From: Ostreococcus lucimarinus
Lineage: Eukaryota
NCBI GenBank assembly: GCA_000092065.1
Contig: CP000582.1
Direction: 5' to 3' (one strand)
Length of the DNA stretch: 64,000 nucleotides
The position numbers and the translations under genes are program-made. The notes under the pieces were generated by a model that saw only the letters and a list, made by a program, of their open reading frames with translations, was not told the origin of the DNA and searched no databases. Below are positions 38,106-48,512 of the stretch, piece by piece. How positions within the stretch are numbered: the first letter of the stretch is position 1; each line of letters begins with the position of its first letter.

Positions 38106-39476
38106 ATGCGTCCGAGCGATGCGTCGGCACGTCGAAATCCGTGCGGGACGCGCAAGATGCCATCGGGACAAACACGAGAACGTTCGCGACGAGACACGCG
38201 CGCACGCGCGGCGAATAAGGCGAAGAAAGCGGTGGGTGAGAGAACGTTTGTCATAGAACCGTTTCACGCCATCGTGGGGGATCGAAACGGGCGACGGGCG
38301 TTGAGACATAGAGATTTTGAAGAGGTGCAGCGCGTGGACGCGCGAGGGAGCGGCGGCGTGGACGCGCTACGCGAGGCGCTCGAGCGCGAAAAGCGCGCGC
38401 ACGCGAAAATCAAAGCTGAACTTAGCGAATTAGAATCGCACTACGCGAGTGACTTGGAAATACGCGCGATGAAGACGAAAAAATTGCGGTTGAAGGATGC
38501 GGTGGCGGCGCTCGAGCGAGACGTGCGGCGCGCTGAATCGTCCGAGGCACTCGGCGCGGGCTCGTACGGGAAAGTTTGGAAGGCGAGAGATTCAAAAACG
38601 GGTGCTGAGGTGGCGGTGAAGATCGAACCGGTCGATGATAGTGCGAACGGTGTGGCGAGTGCGCTTGGGCGAGAGTTTGAGTTGATGCGTCGAGTCAAAG
38701 CTTCCGATCCGCGATGTTTTCCCACGCCGTTGTTTTTCGGGGAACAAAGCGTCATGGGCAAACGTTCGCGAGTGTTGGTCATGGATTTGCTCGGCTCTAG
38801 TTTAGAAGACATCTCACAAAGCGTGATGCTTGGCACTGGATTTACGCGAGTGACGACGGCGCGGATCGCGAAGCGGCTGTTTACGGCGCTCGAAGCGATG
38901 CAGCGAGTCAGCGTCGTTCACGGCGACATCAAGCCGGACAACTTGTGCACAGAAGTCCAAGCGAACGACGGCAAGAAAAGGAATGGAATTCTCCTCGTCG
39001 ACTTTGGAGAAGCCGTGATTTTCGACGACCCATCGTACTCGCCGCGCATTCATGAGGAAGTCCCTCGGCATCTTTGGCGCGGCACGTGGCTCTTCAGCAG
39101 CGCCAACGTCGACGGCGGCTCTGCTCTCGCCCCTCGTGACGATTTGGAGAGCGCCATCTTCACCCTCGCCTACCTGCGCACTGGTCGTTTACCATGGACC
39201 CACGTCATCGATGATTTCGGCGACACCGAGCTCGACGTGCGAGTTTTAGCTCCAATCAAGCGCGCCGTCGATTCCGGCGCCGCGTTGCTCTCGCCTCGCG
39301 GCGCCGAAGCCCCGGCGCCCGAATGCGACGACGCCGACGTCGTCTTCTTCCACCGCGTACTCACCCACGCTCGCGGTTTAGCCATAGAAGATCTTCCCGA
39401 TTACCAGTTTTTGCAGCGATGCGTCCAGGATTGGCGGGACGCTTTGGACGCGCCGTACGACTGGCAACGGCGCTGA
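38106..39476 (+). CDS. Casein kinase I-family Ser/Thr protein kinase with N-terminal coiled-coil extension
   Basis: CK1-type kinase motifs: LGAGSYGKVWKA (Gly loop), VAVKIE, LVMDLLGSSLEDI (the CK1-diagnostic LVMDLLGPSLEDL), VHGDIKPDNL (catalytic loop), GTWLFSSANV. The start is uncertain; the ORF starts at 38106 and internal Mets exist. Confidence 0.55.
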   Translation: MRPSDASARRNPCGTRKMPSGQTRERSRRDTRARAANKAKKAVGERTFVIEPFHAIVGDRNGRRALRHRDFEEVQRVDARGSGGVDALREALEREKRAHAKIKAELSELESHYASDLEIRAMKTKKLRLKDAVAALERDVRRAESSEALGAGSYGKVWKARDSKTGAEVAVKIEPVDDSANGVASALGREFELMRRVKASDPRCFPTPLFFGEQSVMGKRSRVLVMDLLGSSLEDISQSVMLGTGFTRVTTARIAKRLFTALEAMQRVSVVHGDIKPDNLCTEVQANDGKKRNGILLVDFGEAVIFDDPSYSPRIHEEVPRHLWRGTWLFSSANVDGGSALAPRDDLESAIFTLAYLRTGRLPWTHVIDDFGDTELDVRVLAPIKRAVDSGAALLSPRGAEAPAPECDDADVVFFHRVLTHARGLAIEDLPDYQFLQRCVQDWRDALDAPYDWQRR

Positions 39477-39517
39477 GATTTTTGGAATGCAAACGACCAA
39501 CCTCATTGTCGCGCGCC

Positions 39518-42100
39518 ATGCCGCCCGCGACGTCGTCCGACTTCGCTCGTCGCGCGCGCGCGATAGAAAATGCGATACTGCGCCTCGCCGGAGACAGCAC
39601 GCGCGCCATCACGCCCGAAATCGCGCGCGAGACGGTGGCGAAGCTCGACGAAGCGCCGCGATTGGATGCGCGATTGGACGAAAACGACGCGCGGTGCGTC
39701 GAACACGCGTGGCACCGCGCCGCGGTGGCGCTCGTGCGCGAAGCGCAAACGCGGGGCGTCGGAGTGATGCGGTATGGCGGTGGGAAGGAGGTGGTGGAGG
39801 CGACGGATCGGGACGGGACGAGCGGACGCGCGGCGTTGGCGCGGTTGTTCGAACACGCGTTGACGCTCGTTGAAGCGAGCGAGAGCGCGGTGAGCGGAGG
39901 GATGATTTTCACGACGATTGAGATCGTGCTCGAGGCGTGCACGATCGCGGAGGCGGAGGACGTGCTGCTGTGGTGCGATGAGAATAAGACGCGCCTGCGA
40001 GAGACGACGATTTGGAAAAAGGGCAAACTGCCGACGCTTCGAATGTTGATCGCGCTCGCGAAGCGGTGCGTGGGGCGAAGCTCGGACGAGGCACGGGTGA
40101 AAGGGCGGGCGTTGGTTTTGATAAGCTGGTTCATGGGTCTGAGCGATCGATCGGGGATGAATAAGAATGGCGATAGTAATCCGGAGACGACGGCTATTTT
40201 TGAGCAAGAGGAGTGGTTGCGGGAAGAGCTCGAGGACGGCGTCGGGGTGGATGCGGACGCGAAGATTAAGATGGAGGTCGACAGCGGCGAAGGTGATGTA
40301 GCAGCAGACGACGACGACAACGAGTTTGGCGTAGACGACGCGTTTCATCGCACGTTTTGGTCGCTCCAGCAGTATTTTCAAGACCCGCCGACGACGATGT
40401 CCAAAAATGGCGCGTGGAATAGCTTTCACGCCATCTTGTGCGTGGTTCTGGACAAGTTCGAGGCGTTCCCTCTGGGTGAGACGGCGGGAACGATTGACGA
40501 GGAGCCAGAATCGGAAAAGCGAAAAATGATTGGGCATCGCTTTCTCACCGCGAGACGCCTGCTGCCTTTGCAGATGCAGGATTTCGTGTTTCGTCGTCAA
40601 ATTTTAATTCAGGCGGTCTTCTTCTTACAGTATATGGATAACGAAAAGTTTAAGGAGCACGTCGTGGACGACGAAGTCACGGAATTGTCCGAGCGAGTGA
40701 TGAAGATCTTGAAACGCACCGGACCGAACGCCGTCGCCGACGCTGGCATCATCGAGAACGCCTTGGAAGACGAGTTGAGTTGGCGCAAGTGGAAAGAGCA
40801 AGGTTGCCCGAGCTTTGAGAAGCAACCGATCGATTTCGAGACCGAACCGATGCCTGATAATTGGGACAAAAAGTATTCGAACTGGCCGCCCGATCAGTAT
40901 CCACCCGATGATCCAAATCTGAAACACGATTTCGATCACCCAGAGCTCAACCGATTGTGGAATTTAGGCGAAGACGATCCGAATGGGACGTCTGTGGACG
41001 CCTTGAAAGAGGTGAGCGTGGAGGAGTTCTTGAAACCGTGCCTGGAAGAGATGGATCCTTCGCAACAAGTTGAAGCTGAATACAGAAGAGTCAATGACCC
41101 GACGTTTAGATGGAAAGCCATGCGCATGCTCTCAAAGAACCACTTGCACTTGTTCCCAAAAATCGCCGCGGAGGGATTGGAGAGCGTCGTTCCAGATATT
41201 TTGGGAGTCCCAGACCCTCGGCCGCCGAAAGAAAAGAGTGAAGAAGAGCTGGCAAAGGAATCAAAACCCGCGGAGGAAGGTAATGTCGGCACTGGCGGCA
41301 AGCATAACCTTCTCGGTTCTCACGACGAGGTGCTCGACGGCGCGCTGGAGCCAATCGAAGGTGACGTCGACATGGAAGAGGAAGAGAAGCAACCTCCGGT
41401 AGTCGAGAAAGCTACAGACGAAGCGAAAGTTGAAGATAAGCCGAAATTCACGCCACCACCACCGCGTCATACAGTGCCGAAGGATGCTCCGGCCACGGAA
41501 TCGGCCGCCAAGGAAACGCCAGTTAAAGACGAACCCGTTCAGGACAAGAAGAGAGAGCGGTCACCGGAACCGAGCCAGGAGACGATAAAATCAGACGATA
41601 CGGCGCGCCAACAAGGCGGTCGAGGTGGTCGAGGCGGTCGAGGTGGCCGAGGTGGTCGAAGTCAAGGCAATGGGCGCGGAGGAAGAGGCGGAAGACAGCG
41701 AGTGACTGCGGTGCGACCGCCGCCACGCCAACGTTCGCCGCCGCGTCAACGTTCGCCGCCGCGTCAACGTTCGCCGCCGCGTCAACGTTCGCCGCCGCGA
41801 CAGCCGCAGTCGCAGCATAATCGTCGCGAGCCTGCCGGCGGACGCGGTGGGCAGCGATACTCCAATCCTCGCCAACAGGGCGGACAACAGCAACAGTATC
41901 AGCGACAAGGCGGTCGTGGGCAGCAGCAAAACGCGCCCGCTCCTCCTGCACGTCAGCAGCAAAATCTCGGTAAACGCCGACGAGACGATGGTCCAGATGC
42001 TGGTTCGCAACAAGCGCCGGCGGACCGAGGCAGACCCCGTGCGCGTGGAAATCAAGGTCAGAGATTCTCTCGACCGCAACATAGAAATAATAGGCGATAG
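39518..42100 (+). CDS. THOC1: THO complex subunit 1 (THOC1/HPR1) with C-terminal RGG and (PPRQRS)4 tail
   Basis: Multiple collinear THOC1 blocks: RALVLISWFMGLSDRSGMNKNG (compare GRIQLFLARLFPLSEKSGLNLQ); FHRTFWSLQQYFQDP (compare YRKFWSLQDYFRNP); FVFRRQILIQAVFFLQYM; WRKWKEQGCPSFEKQ (compare WNSWKNEGCPSF); LNRLWNLGEDD (compare LTRLWNL). Start at Met 39518, 42 bp after the kinase stop. The tail is RGGRGGRGGRGGRSQGNGRGGRGGRQR followed by an 18-bp x4 coding repeat at 41720-41791. Confidence 0.7.
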   Translation: MPPATSSDFARRARAIENAILRLAGDSTRAITPEIARETVAKLDEAPRLDARLDENDARCVEHAWHRAAVALVREAQTRGVGVMRYGGGKEVVEATDRDGTSGRAALARLFEHALTLVEASESAVSGGMIFTTIEIVLEACTIAEAEDVLLWCDENKTRLRETTIWKKGKLPTLRMLIALAKRCVGRSSDEARVKGRALVLISWFMGLSDRSGMNKNGDSNPETTAIFEQEEWLREELEDGVGVDADAKIKMEVDSGEGDVAADDDDNEFGVDDAFHRTFWSLQQYFQDPPTTMSKNGAWNSFHAILCVVLDKFEAFPLGETAGTIDEEPESEKRKMIGHRFLTARRLLPLQMQDFVFRRQILIQAVFFLQYMDNEKFKEHVVDDEVTELSERVMKILKRTGPNAVADAGIIENALEDELSWRKWKEQGCPSFEKQPIDFETEPMPDNWDKKYSNWPPDQYPPDDPNLKHDFDHPELNRLWNLGEDDPNGTSVDALKEVSVEEFLKPCLEEMDPSQQVEAEYRRVNDPTFRWKAMRMLSKNHLHLFPKIAAEGLESVVPDILGVPDPRPPKEKSEEELAKESKPAEEGNVGTGGKHNLLGSHDEVLDGALEPIEGDVDMEEEEKQPPVVEKATDEAKVEDKPKFTPPPPRHTVPKDAPATESAAKETPVKDEPVQDKKRERSPEPSQETIKSDDTARQQGGRGGRGGRGGRGGRSQGNGRGGRGGRQRVTAVRPPPRQRSPPRQRSPPRQRSPPRQRSPPRQPQSQHNRREPAGGRGGQRYSNPRQQGGQQQQYQRQGGRGQQQNAPAPPARQQQNLGKRRRDDGPDAGSQQAPADRGRPRARGNQGQRFSRPQHRNNRR

Positions 42101-42163
42101 CACTTCAGAAATAATACTGTAGATACAATCACACCTAACTTTTTGACTAAAAGTTGACACTCG

Positions 42164-43111
42164 CTAATCGCTATTGCTATCGTTATCGCTGTCGTAAGCC
42201 GCGAAGAATCCCATATCTGGCCGATCTTGGTGTCGTTTCTCTTCGACAGAGTCCGCCGGCGCCACTGGCGGCGGGGCGACTTCGTCTTCGTCGTCTTCGT
42301 CGTCCACGGGCGACAAAGATGCCAAAGCCGCACGTCGGTCGATGACCTTCTTACCGGAATCCGCCCATGGGAACATCCACAGCGGCTCATCCACACCCTT
42401 CGTGCCGGTGAAGAAGTCGTTGTTCACGAAGAAACGAAACAGTTGCAACAAACGCTGTTCATCGCGCTTAATCTCCTTGTCCAACAATTTCTTCAGTAAC
42501 GTCTGGGGATTGCCACCTCCATCTGCCGCGGATGATTTTCTTTCCGTCACCTCATGCTTGAACGGACATCGCGCGCCCGCCTTGCACCGACCTCGGGCAA
42601 AGAATCGACACTTTTGATCTTTATTCGGCGCAGATTCGTGTTTGAAATCGCACGCCGAACCTTTTCGACACCCACCCTGCAACCAAAATCGACACACTTT
42701 GCTCCCATCCGCCGCGCGCGCTTCTACACCCTTACCATCAAGCGCGGCGGGCGCCGCGACACCGCCCTCCTCTTCGCCAATTTCTTGCGAAGCTTCAAAA
42801 TGTCCCATCTCGCGCTGTTTCGCCAAAATCTCCCTCAACCGTTCCCGCCGCGCCGCTCTCGCACGCTCTTCCTCCTCCCCCGCCTCCGTCTTCGCGCGCA
42901 CGTTTCGATCGCTCGGCCAATACTTCGCTCGTTCCTCTCGATACCGTCGCACGTCCTCGGGCAACGACGATGGATCGACGACTTTAACTTCCGCCATCAT
43001 CGCCGCCGCATTCGCGTCGGCGATGGATGCGCTCTTCATCTCTCGTTTCGCCTTCGCCTTCGCCTTCGCCACCGACGCGTGACGATCGCCATCAGCACCC
43101 TTACGTTTCGT

Positions 43112-43144
<33 letters not shown>

Positions 43145-43426
43145 GGGGCCCGCGCCTCGCGCCGTCGTAACCGCCGCGCCGCTCGCCGTCGCCGGCGCCA
43201 TCGCTCCCGGCGGCACGTACCCCAACGGCGCCCCCGGCGGCACGTACACGTTCGCGTACGCGCCCACGCCGCTCGCGACGCCGCCGACGTACACGTACGT
43301 CGCGTGCGCGGGCGGCGCGCCCGCGATGGGCGCGCGCGCGGCATCATAATTCAACGCCGCGTCGCGTCGCCCGTCGATCGGTGGCGGCGGCGGCGGCGGT
43401 GGCGGTGGCGTCCTGTTCGTCGACAT
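42164..43426 (-). CDS. CCCH-type tandem zinc-finger protein with N-terminal poly-Pro
   Basis: Two C-x8-C-x5-C-x3-H fingers (CRFWLQGGCRKGSACDFKH; CRFFARGRCKAGARCPFKH). The N-terminus has PPPPPPPPPPP; the C-terminus has a conserved-looking segment (FFTGTKGVDEPLWMFPW) and an acidic tail. Confidence 0.55.
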
Positions 43427-43597
43427 CGTCGCGCGCGCGCGACGGCGCGCGATCGCGGTGCGCGTCGAGATGTGACGCTCCCCGCGCGGCGGCGGCGGCG
43501 GCGTTCGCGCCGTCGCCGCGCGCGCGTCGAGGCGGCGCTCGATGGGCGATGAAACGCGACGGAAACGCGATGTGCTGACTACAAGCGAGAGTTGGGT

Positions 43598-44572
43598 TTA
43601 GGGGCGAGCAGGGGCGATCGCGCGCTCGAGCCTGTCCTCTCTCGAGCGCACGGTTTCGACGCGCGCGGCGACGATGCGTTCGTACGCGGCGCGCGCCGCC
43701 GGCGGCGCCGCGTCTTTAAACTTTTCGATTCCCAACACGCCCGCGGCTAAGACTTGAGATTGGAAGAATTCGACGCGTTTTTGAGCGTTCGCCGCGCCGC
43801 GAACGCCGGCCGGAGGTGGCTTTAAAGTCAGACCGTATCCCGGTTTGGTCTTCTCGCGCGCGCCGCGCGAGCCGCCCAGGGGCACGGCGACGTTGAGCAC
43901 GGTGAGCGGACGGTGTCGCATCGGCCGCTCCTTCGTCGCCGGCGCGTACCCCGCCGCGAGTAAAGCCTCGGCACCGAACTGCGCCGTCATCGCGTCTCGA
44001 TCGTCGTAATCCACGCCGCTCCGTCGCGCCGCTTCGCACAAAATCATCCCCGGCGAGCACACGTCGAGCACCTTGCCCTCGATCTCCAACCACGCGTGCG
44101 CCGTCGCCTCGCTCGCGTCCTCCGTCATCGCGCACAGCGCGTACCCCACGCGCACTCGCACCTCGCGCCGATCGCCGTTCCTCTTCATCGCCTCCTCGAG
44201 CGCGAGCGAAATCAACAAACTCTCCGCGCCTCGAAAATCCTCGTCCTCCGCCCCGAATCCACCCTCCGCGGGATCCATCCCCGACGCCACCACCGCCTCG
44301 ATCGCCGTCGCCGCGAGCGCGCACGCGACGCGATCTCGCAATCGCATCGTCGCCGACGTCGTCGCCGTCGCGTACGCGCAATCCGCCAACGAGTGCGCGC
44401 GCGACGTCGGCGTCGCCGTCGCGATGTCGCGCGCGATGTCCCGCACGTCCTCGCGCGTCGACGCCGACGTCGCGCCGCGTCTCGCGCGCGTCCCTCGTCC
44501 CGCGCGGTGTCTCGCGCGCGTCGTCGGCGTCGTCTTCGTCAGACGCGTCGGCATCGGCATCGGCATCGTCAT
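43598..44572 (-). CDS. Hypothetical protein, possible transglutaminase-like Cys-protease fold
   Basis: The segment GYALCAMTED...ATAHAWLEIEGKVLDVCSPG fits the Cys...His-Ala-Trp-x-Glu...Asp pattern of transglutaminase-like domains. The rest is unassigned. A (GTC)n run lies at 44571-44600. Confidence 0.3.
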   Translation of the reverse strand: MTMPMPMPTRLTKTTPTTRARHRAGRGTRARRGATSASTREDVRDIARDIATATPTSRAHSLADCAYATATTSATMRLRDRVACALAATAIEAVVASGMDPAEGGFGAEDEDFRGAESLLISLALEEAMKRNGDRREVRVRVGYALCAMTEDASEATAHAWLEIEGKVLDVCSPGMILCEAARRSGVDYDDRDAMTAQFGAEALLAAGYAPATKERPMRHRPLTVLNVAVPLGGSRGAREKTKPGYGLTLKPPPAGVRGAANAQKRVEFFQSQVLAAGVLGIEKFKDAAPPAARAAYERIVAARVETVRSREDRLERAIAPARP

Positions 44573-45138
44573 CGCGTCGTCGTCGTCGTCGTCGTCGCGC
44601 CCGCGAGCCCGTCCGCCGTCGTAGACGCGATCGCGTCGCGCGCGCGTCGCGCCGTGTCGACGCCCGCGCGCCGGCCGGCCTACGCGCGGGTCGACCGAAC
44701 GCCGTCGACCGCCCGCGCGCGCGGGCGACGCGACACAAAGAGACGTCTGTTGACCATATTAAAGACGATGTAAAGTCTATGAAAAAACACAGCAGACGTC
44801 ATACATAAACCACCACCAAGCGGCGCGGAGGGGGACGACGCGGCGACCGACCGACCGAAAACACGCGAATGCATACATCGACGCATTATACACATATATA
44901 TCCCCATATACATCACAAACCAACGGTATTTATTTTATGCGCGTCTACGCGAAAACACCCACCGCCGGCGAAAAAAAACGCGCGTCGCCCGTCGACACGA
45001 CCGCGACGCGATTCCATCCGTTGGGATTCAATTCATTCGCGCATTCGCGCGCGTCCGCACAGCACGCCTCGTCGCGCCCGCGCTCGCGTCCCTCGACGTT
45101 CGGCGCTTCAAGCACTCTCAAACACTTACGACCGCACG

Positions 45139-45782
45139 ATGGTGGCCAAGGCCCCGGCGAAGCGCAAGCCCGCGGCGAAGAAACCGGCGGCGAAGAAGAA
45201 ACCAGCGGCGAAGAAGAAGCCCGCGGTGAAGAAGACGACGGCGACGAAGAAGAAGGCGGCGCCGAAGAAGAAGCCGGCGGGTGCGTATACGTGACGCGGC
45301 GGTGATCGCGCGACGCGGGGGCGCGCGCGGCGCGGCGCGCTCGACGCGCGACGACGCGCGAAGAAGAATTGTGCGCGAATGCGATCGCGCGCGAAATTAA
45401 GGGATTGCGCGCGCGCGCGAGACGCGCGAGCGAAGGGGGAGAAGAGGGACTGACGACGTGTGATTTGAACGCGACAGCCAAGAAACCGGCGGCGAAGAAG
45501 AAGCCGGCGGCGAAGAAGAAGCCGGCGGCGAAGAAGAAGCCAGCGGGTGCGTGTAGAGGGGGGGCGGCGCGCGACGACGCGGAGGCGCGAATCGCGCGCG
45601 CCAGCTCATCTCGAAATCGCCGCGCGCGAGGAAGAAGAGAGGACTGACGAGACGATGATTTTCGCGCGATCGCAGCCAAGAAGAAGCCCGCGGCCAAGAA
45701 GAAGCCGGCGGCTAAGAAGAAGCCGGCGGCCAAGAAGAAGCCGGCGGCCAAGAAGGCCAAGGCCAAGGCTTCCAAGAAGTGA
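45139..45782 (+). CDS. Lys/Ala/Pro-rich basic protein (histone H1 C-terminal-tail-like, no globular domain), three exons
   Basis: Model is join(45139..45280, 45478..45546, 45676..45782), giving 105 aa: MVAKAPAKRKPAAKKPAAKKKPAAKKKPAVKKTTATKKKAAPKKKPA / A KKPAAKKKPAAKKKPAAKKKPA / A KKKPAAKKKPAAKKKPAAKKKPAAKKAKAKASKK. Both donors are identical (CCGGCGG or CCAGCGG|GTGCGT, phase 1). The acceptors are ...gacag|CC and ...tcgcag|CC. The six-frame track only shows the pieces as separate short ORFs. Confidence 0.5.
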
Positions 45783-46301
45783 GGCGTGTTTCTGCGCTCG
45801 GCCGAGCGTTTACGAACGCTTCTCGCCTCGGCGGGAATTGAAGTGGAAATAGAGCGAGACAACACTTGTCGCGGGTTTGAAGTTTTCGTGGACGACGTCG
45901 CGGTCGTGTCCCTTTTGGACATGCCCCGACCGTTCGTGAAGCTTCGAGCGCTCGATCTCGAACGAGTCGCAAAGGATGTAAGTTCTTTGTGCGCGTAGTA
46001 GATCGAGTAGCGACGGCGTCGTCTGGACGCGCGTCCCGAATAAAATTTTAACGTAATAATGAAGACACACTCTGGTCTCATGCATGATACTATATAACGA
46101 CGACTACGACGCGCGATCGATCGAGTGACGCCGCGGAGGCTAAACTCGCGATTTCGCGAGCGTTCCCGCGGTCGATTGAACTTCGAAAGGTTGCGTCATT
46201 CTAGAGACAATTGTAACGAAGGATTTCGCGTCTCGTCGAAAACCCCGTTTGAACGCGCGCGCGAGCGGAGTGGAATGAACGACAATGCGCGCGCGCGTCG
46301 A

Positions 46302-48512
46302 TCACGACGCGCGCGAAAAGAGAACGCGATGCAAACCCTTAATCTCTCGCACGTCCGCGCGCAAGAGTTCGCGAACGTCATCGTCTGCGAACACGCTCGG
46401 ACGCTCCGAACCGCCCGCGCCCTCTCGCCGCTCGAGCTCGCGGAGCGCCTCGGCTATGGCCTCGCCTTTGCTCTCGCCTCGACGCACGCGACGGACGTTT
46501 GGCGCGCGAACGCCGTGTGTTTTCAAATACACCTCGATCGCTTCGACGTTCGAGTTCCTCGTGATCACGAACGCGCGCGCGTCGTGCGAGGTAAGCAAGC
46601 CCACCAAGTCGGCGTCTCGCGACTTGAGCTCGCACGCCCGGCGCAACCCCGCGGGATCGAGCTCGCGGAAGTTCTTTGGAAGCGGCGATGCGCCGGCTTT
46701 TGTGGCGCATATCGTGCGGTCGAAATCTAAGAAGACGCAGTACGCGTCGAGTGTTTCCACGAGCTGGACGACGTCCTCGGCATCGCCGCGTGATATGCCG
46801 CAAATTTCGCAAGAGGCCTCGCGCTCGCACTTGAGGCACCGCCTCGAGTGCCGGCACCACGCCTCGCGAAGACACGAAGAAGTCACGGGACAGCGCCCTT
46901 CGTTTCGCGCGGTTTCTTCGCACACCATGCACGTGTTCGCCGTGACCCACAAATTTGAGAACGAGCGCTCGCACGTCCCGCAACGATGGGTGCCGGTGAC
47001 GTGGAGTAAGCGCCCGTCGCTCGCGCCGGCGAGGTCGCTCGAGGCGACCGCCGCCGTCATCCCCGCGTAGAATTTTTGCGTCGTCTGGGTGTACTGATTG
47101 ATGATCTTGGCCAGCGCGAAATCATCGGGCACGAACGACGTGGTATTAATACTATCTCCCGAAGCGAACAAAACCTTCGTGGGCTCATCGAGGATCTTCT
47201 GGATCCACTTTGTCGTCTCTCGAAGCGCCGGCGCCGCCCCCTCGAGGGCGTTCGCCCCTCGGTCGACCACGCACGCGCGTTGAAGTTTGTCCAACGCTTC
47301 GCGCGATGGAGGTATTTTCGCCCCGCTCGTGTCGAAGTCGTCGCGTAAGATATCGTCCGGTGTCGCGTGATCTTTGCGAAGCCTCGCGGCGAGCGTCTCA
47401 GAGTTTTGGGCGATTTCATTCGCGAAGCGTAAAAACTCCCTCAGTTCGGCTCGAATCCAGAGCGCCTTCGTCGCCCCTCGAGCGATGAGAGAAAGCTCGA
47501 TAAATCGAACGTAATGCGCCGGGAGATTGAGCTCTTCGCGCACGCGAGTCATGATATGCTCGAAATCTTTCGTCAGCGCAGGCGTCATCGCCCGCGCGTC
47601 CATCGCCGCCGGCGGCGCGACGGTCAAATCTTTCAATGATTCCTCGACGGCGTCCGATGATGACTCAGCGCCGCCGATTCGAGCGGCATCGGCGGCGGCT
47701 TTGCCGACGTATCCGTGCGTCACCAACGACCGTGGCATCGACGCCAACCGACGCGGACGACTCAAATTTGGATGTCTCGGCACGCAGCATATCTGCTTCG
47801 TGAAAACGCGCCCATCGAAGATCGCTTTGGCGGCGCCCAAACACCGCCCCCTCGCCGTGCAAATCTCGCGATATCTCGCCGCGTCGACGTACCCGGAGGC
47901 TTGCCCAAAGTCTCCTCTATAAAATGTCATCAATCGTCGCAAACGCATCTCCAACACCTCTATCTCGTATTGCGAATGTAACAACACCTTCTTTAGGTTC
48001 ACGCAATTCCTCCTCGTCCCGAACGCATCGCTCACCGCGCCCGCGCGGTCGATGAATTCCGCCACCGCGCCGCCGAGCCGCGAACCGAAGACGCCGACGA
48101 CGTCTCTTCGCACTAAATCCCACCTTCCTTGCTCAAAAGTCAAGATATTTCTCGCGTCAACGTCCAGCACACACTGTCCAGGTATCGCATCGCGCGTCTC
48201 TCCGCCGTAAAGCGCCCTCACGCGCCGTTCGAACGTCTCCGCGTCCTCGTCGCCGCGACGCGCCGCGAGCGCGTTCGCGGCGTCTGCGAGCGTCGTCGAG
48301 ACCACCATCGATGACGTCGTCCGCGCGCACCACCGCGCGCGCGTCTCGCGCCGCCGAGCGTCGACTCGAGCGCAATCACCCACGACGCGCGCGCGCGCGT
48401 CGCTCGTTCGCGCGCTCGCGTCGCGCGCGCGCCTCCGGACCGCCGCTTTCGTCGCCGCGCGTCGTCGCGCGTCGTCGTCGACGCCGAGACGTTCGATTTC
48501 GCGCGCATCCAC
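46302..48512 (-). CDS. Hypothetical large protein with Cys-rich segment and C-terminal HAD-like (DxDxT) motif
   Basis: A 736-aa ORF with a complex, non-repetitive sequence. It has a Cys-rich block (HRCGTCERSFSNLWVTANTCMVCEETARNEGRCPVTSSCLREAWCRHSRRCLKCEREASCEIC) followed by CVFLDFDRTICATKAG, a HAD motif I-like DxDxT. The N-terminal start is uncertain. I did not recognise the family. Confidence 0.4.
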   Translation of the reverse strand: MDAREIERLGVDDDARRRAATKAAVRRRARDASARTSDARARVVGDCARVDARRRETRARWCARTTSSMVVSTTLADAANALAARRGDEDAETFERRVRALYGGETRDAIPGQCVLDVDARNILTFEQGRWDLVRRDVVGVFGSRLGGAVAEFIDRAGAVSDAFGTRRNCVNLKKVLLHSQYEIEVLEMRLRRLMTFYRGDFGQASGYVDAARYREICTARGRCLGAAKAIFDGRVFTKQICCVPRHPNLSRPRRLASMPRSLVTHGYVGKAAADAARIGGAESSSDAVEESLKDLTVAPPAAMDARAMTPALTKDFEHIMTRVREELNLPAHYVRFIELSLIARGATKALWIRAELREFLRFANEIAQNSETLAARLRKDHATPDDILRDDFDTSGAKIPPSREALDKLQRACVVDRGANALEGAAPALRETTKWIQKILDEPTKVLFASGDSINTTSFVPDDFALAKIINQYTQTTQKFYAGMTAAVASSDLAGASDGRLLHVTGTHRCGTCERSFSNLWVTANTCMVCEETARNEGRCPVTSSCLREAWCRHSRRCLKCEREASCEICGISRGDAEDVVQLVETLDAYCVFLDFDRTICATKAGASPLPKNFRELDPAGLRRACELKSRDADLVGLLTSHDARAFVITRNSNVEAIEVYLKTHGVRAPNVRRVRRGESKGEAIAEALRELERREGAGGSERPSVFADDDVRELLRADVREIKGLHRVLFSRAS

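Noticed and set aside
44945-46081. 378-aa minus-strand ORF antisense to the K/A-rich gene
   Set aside because: Its FLAAGFFLAAGFF repeats are simply the reverse complement of the AAKKKPAAKKKPA coding repeats. The sense strand has a coherent exon-intron structure with start and stop.
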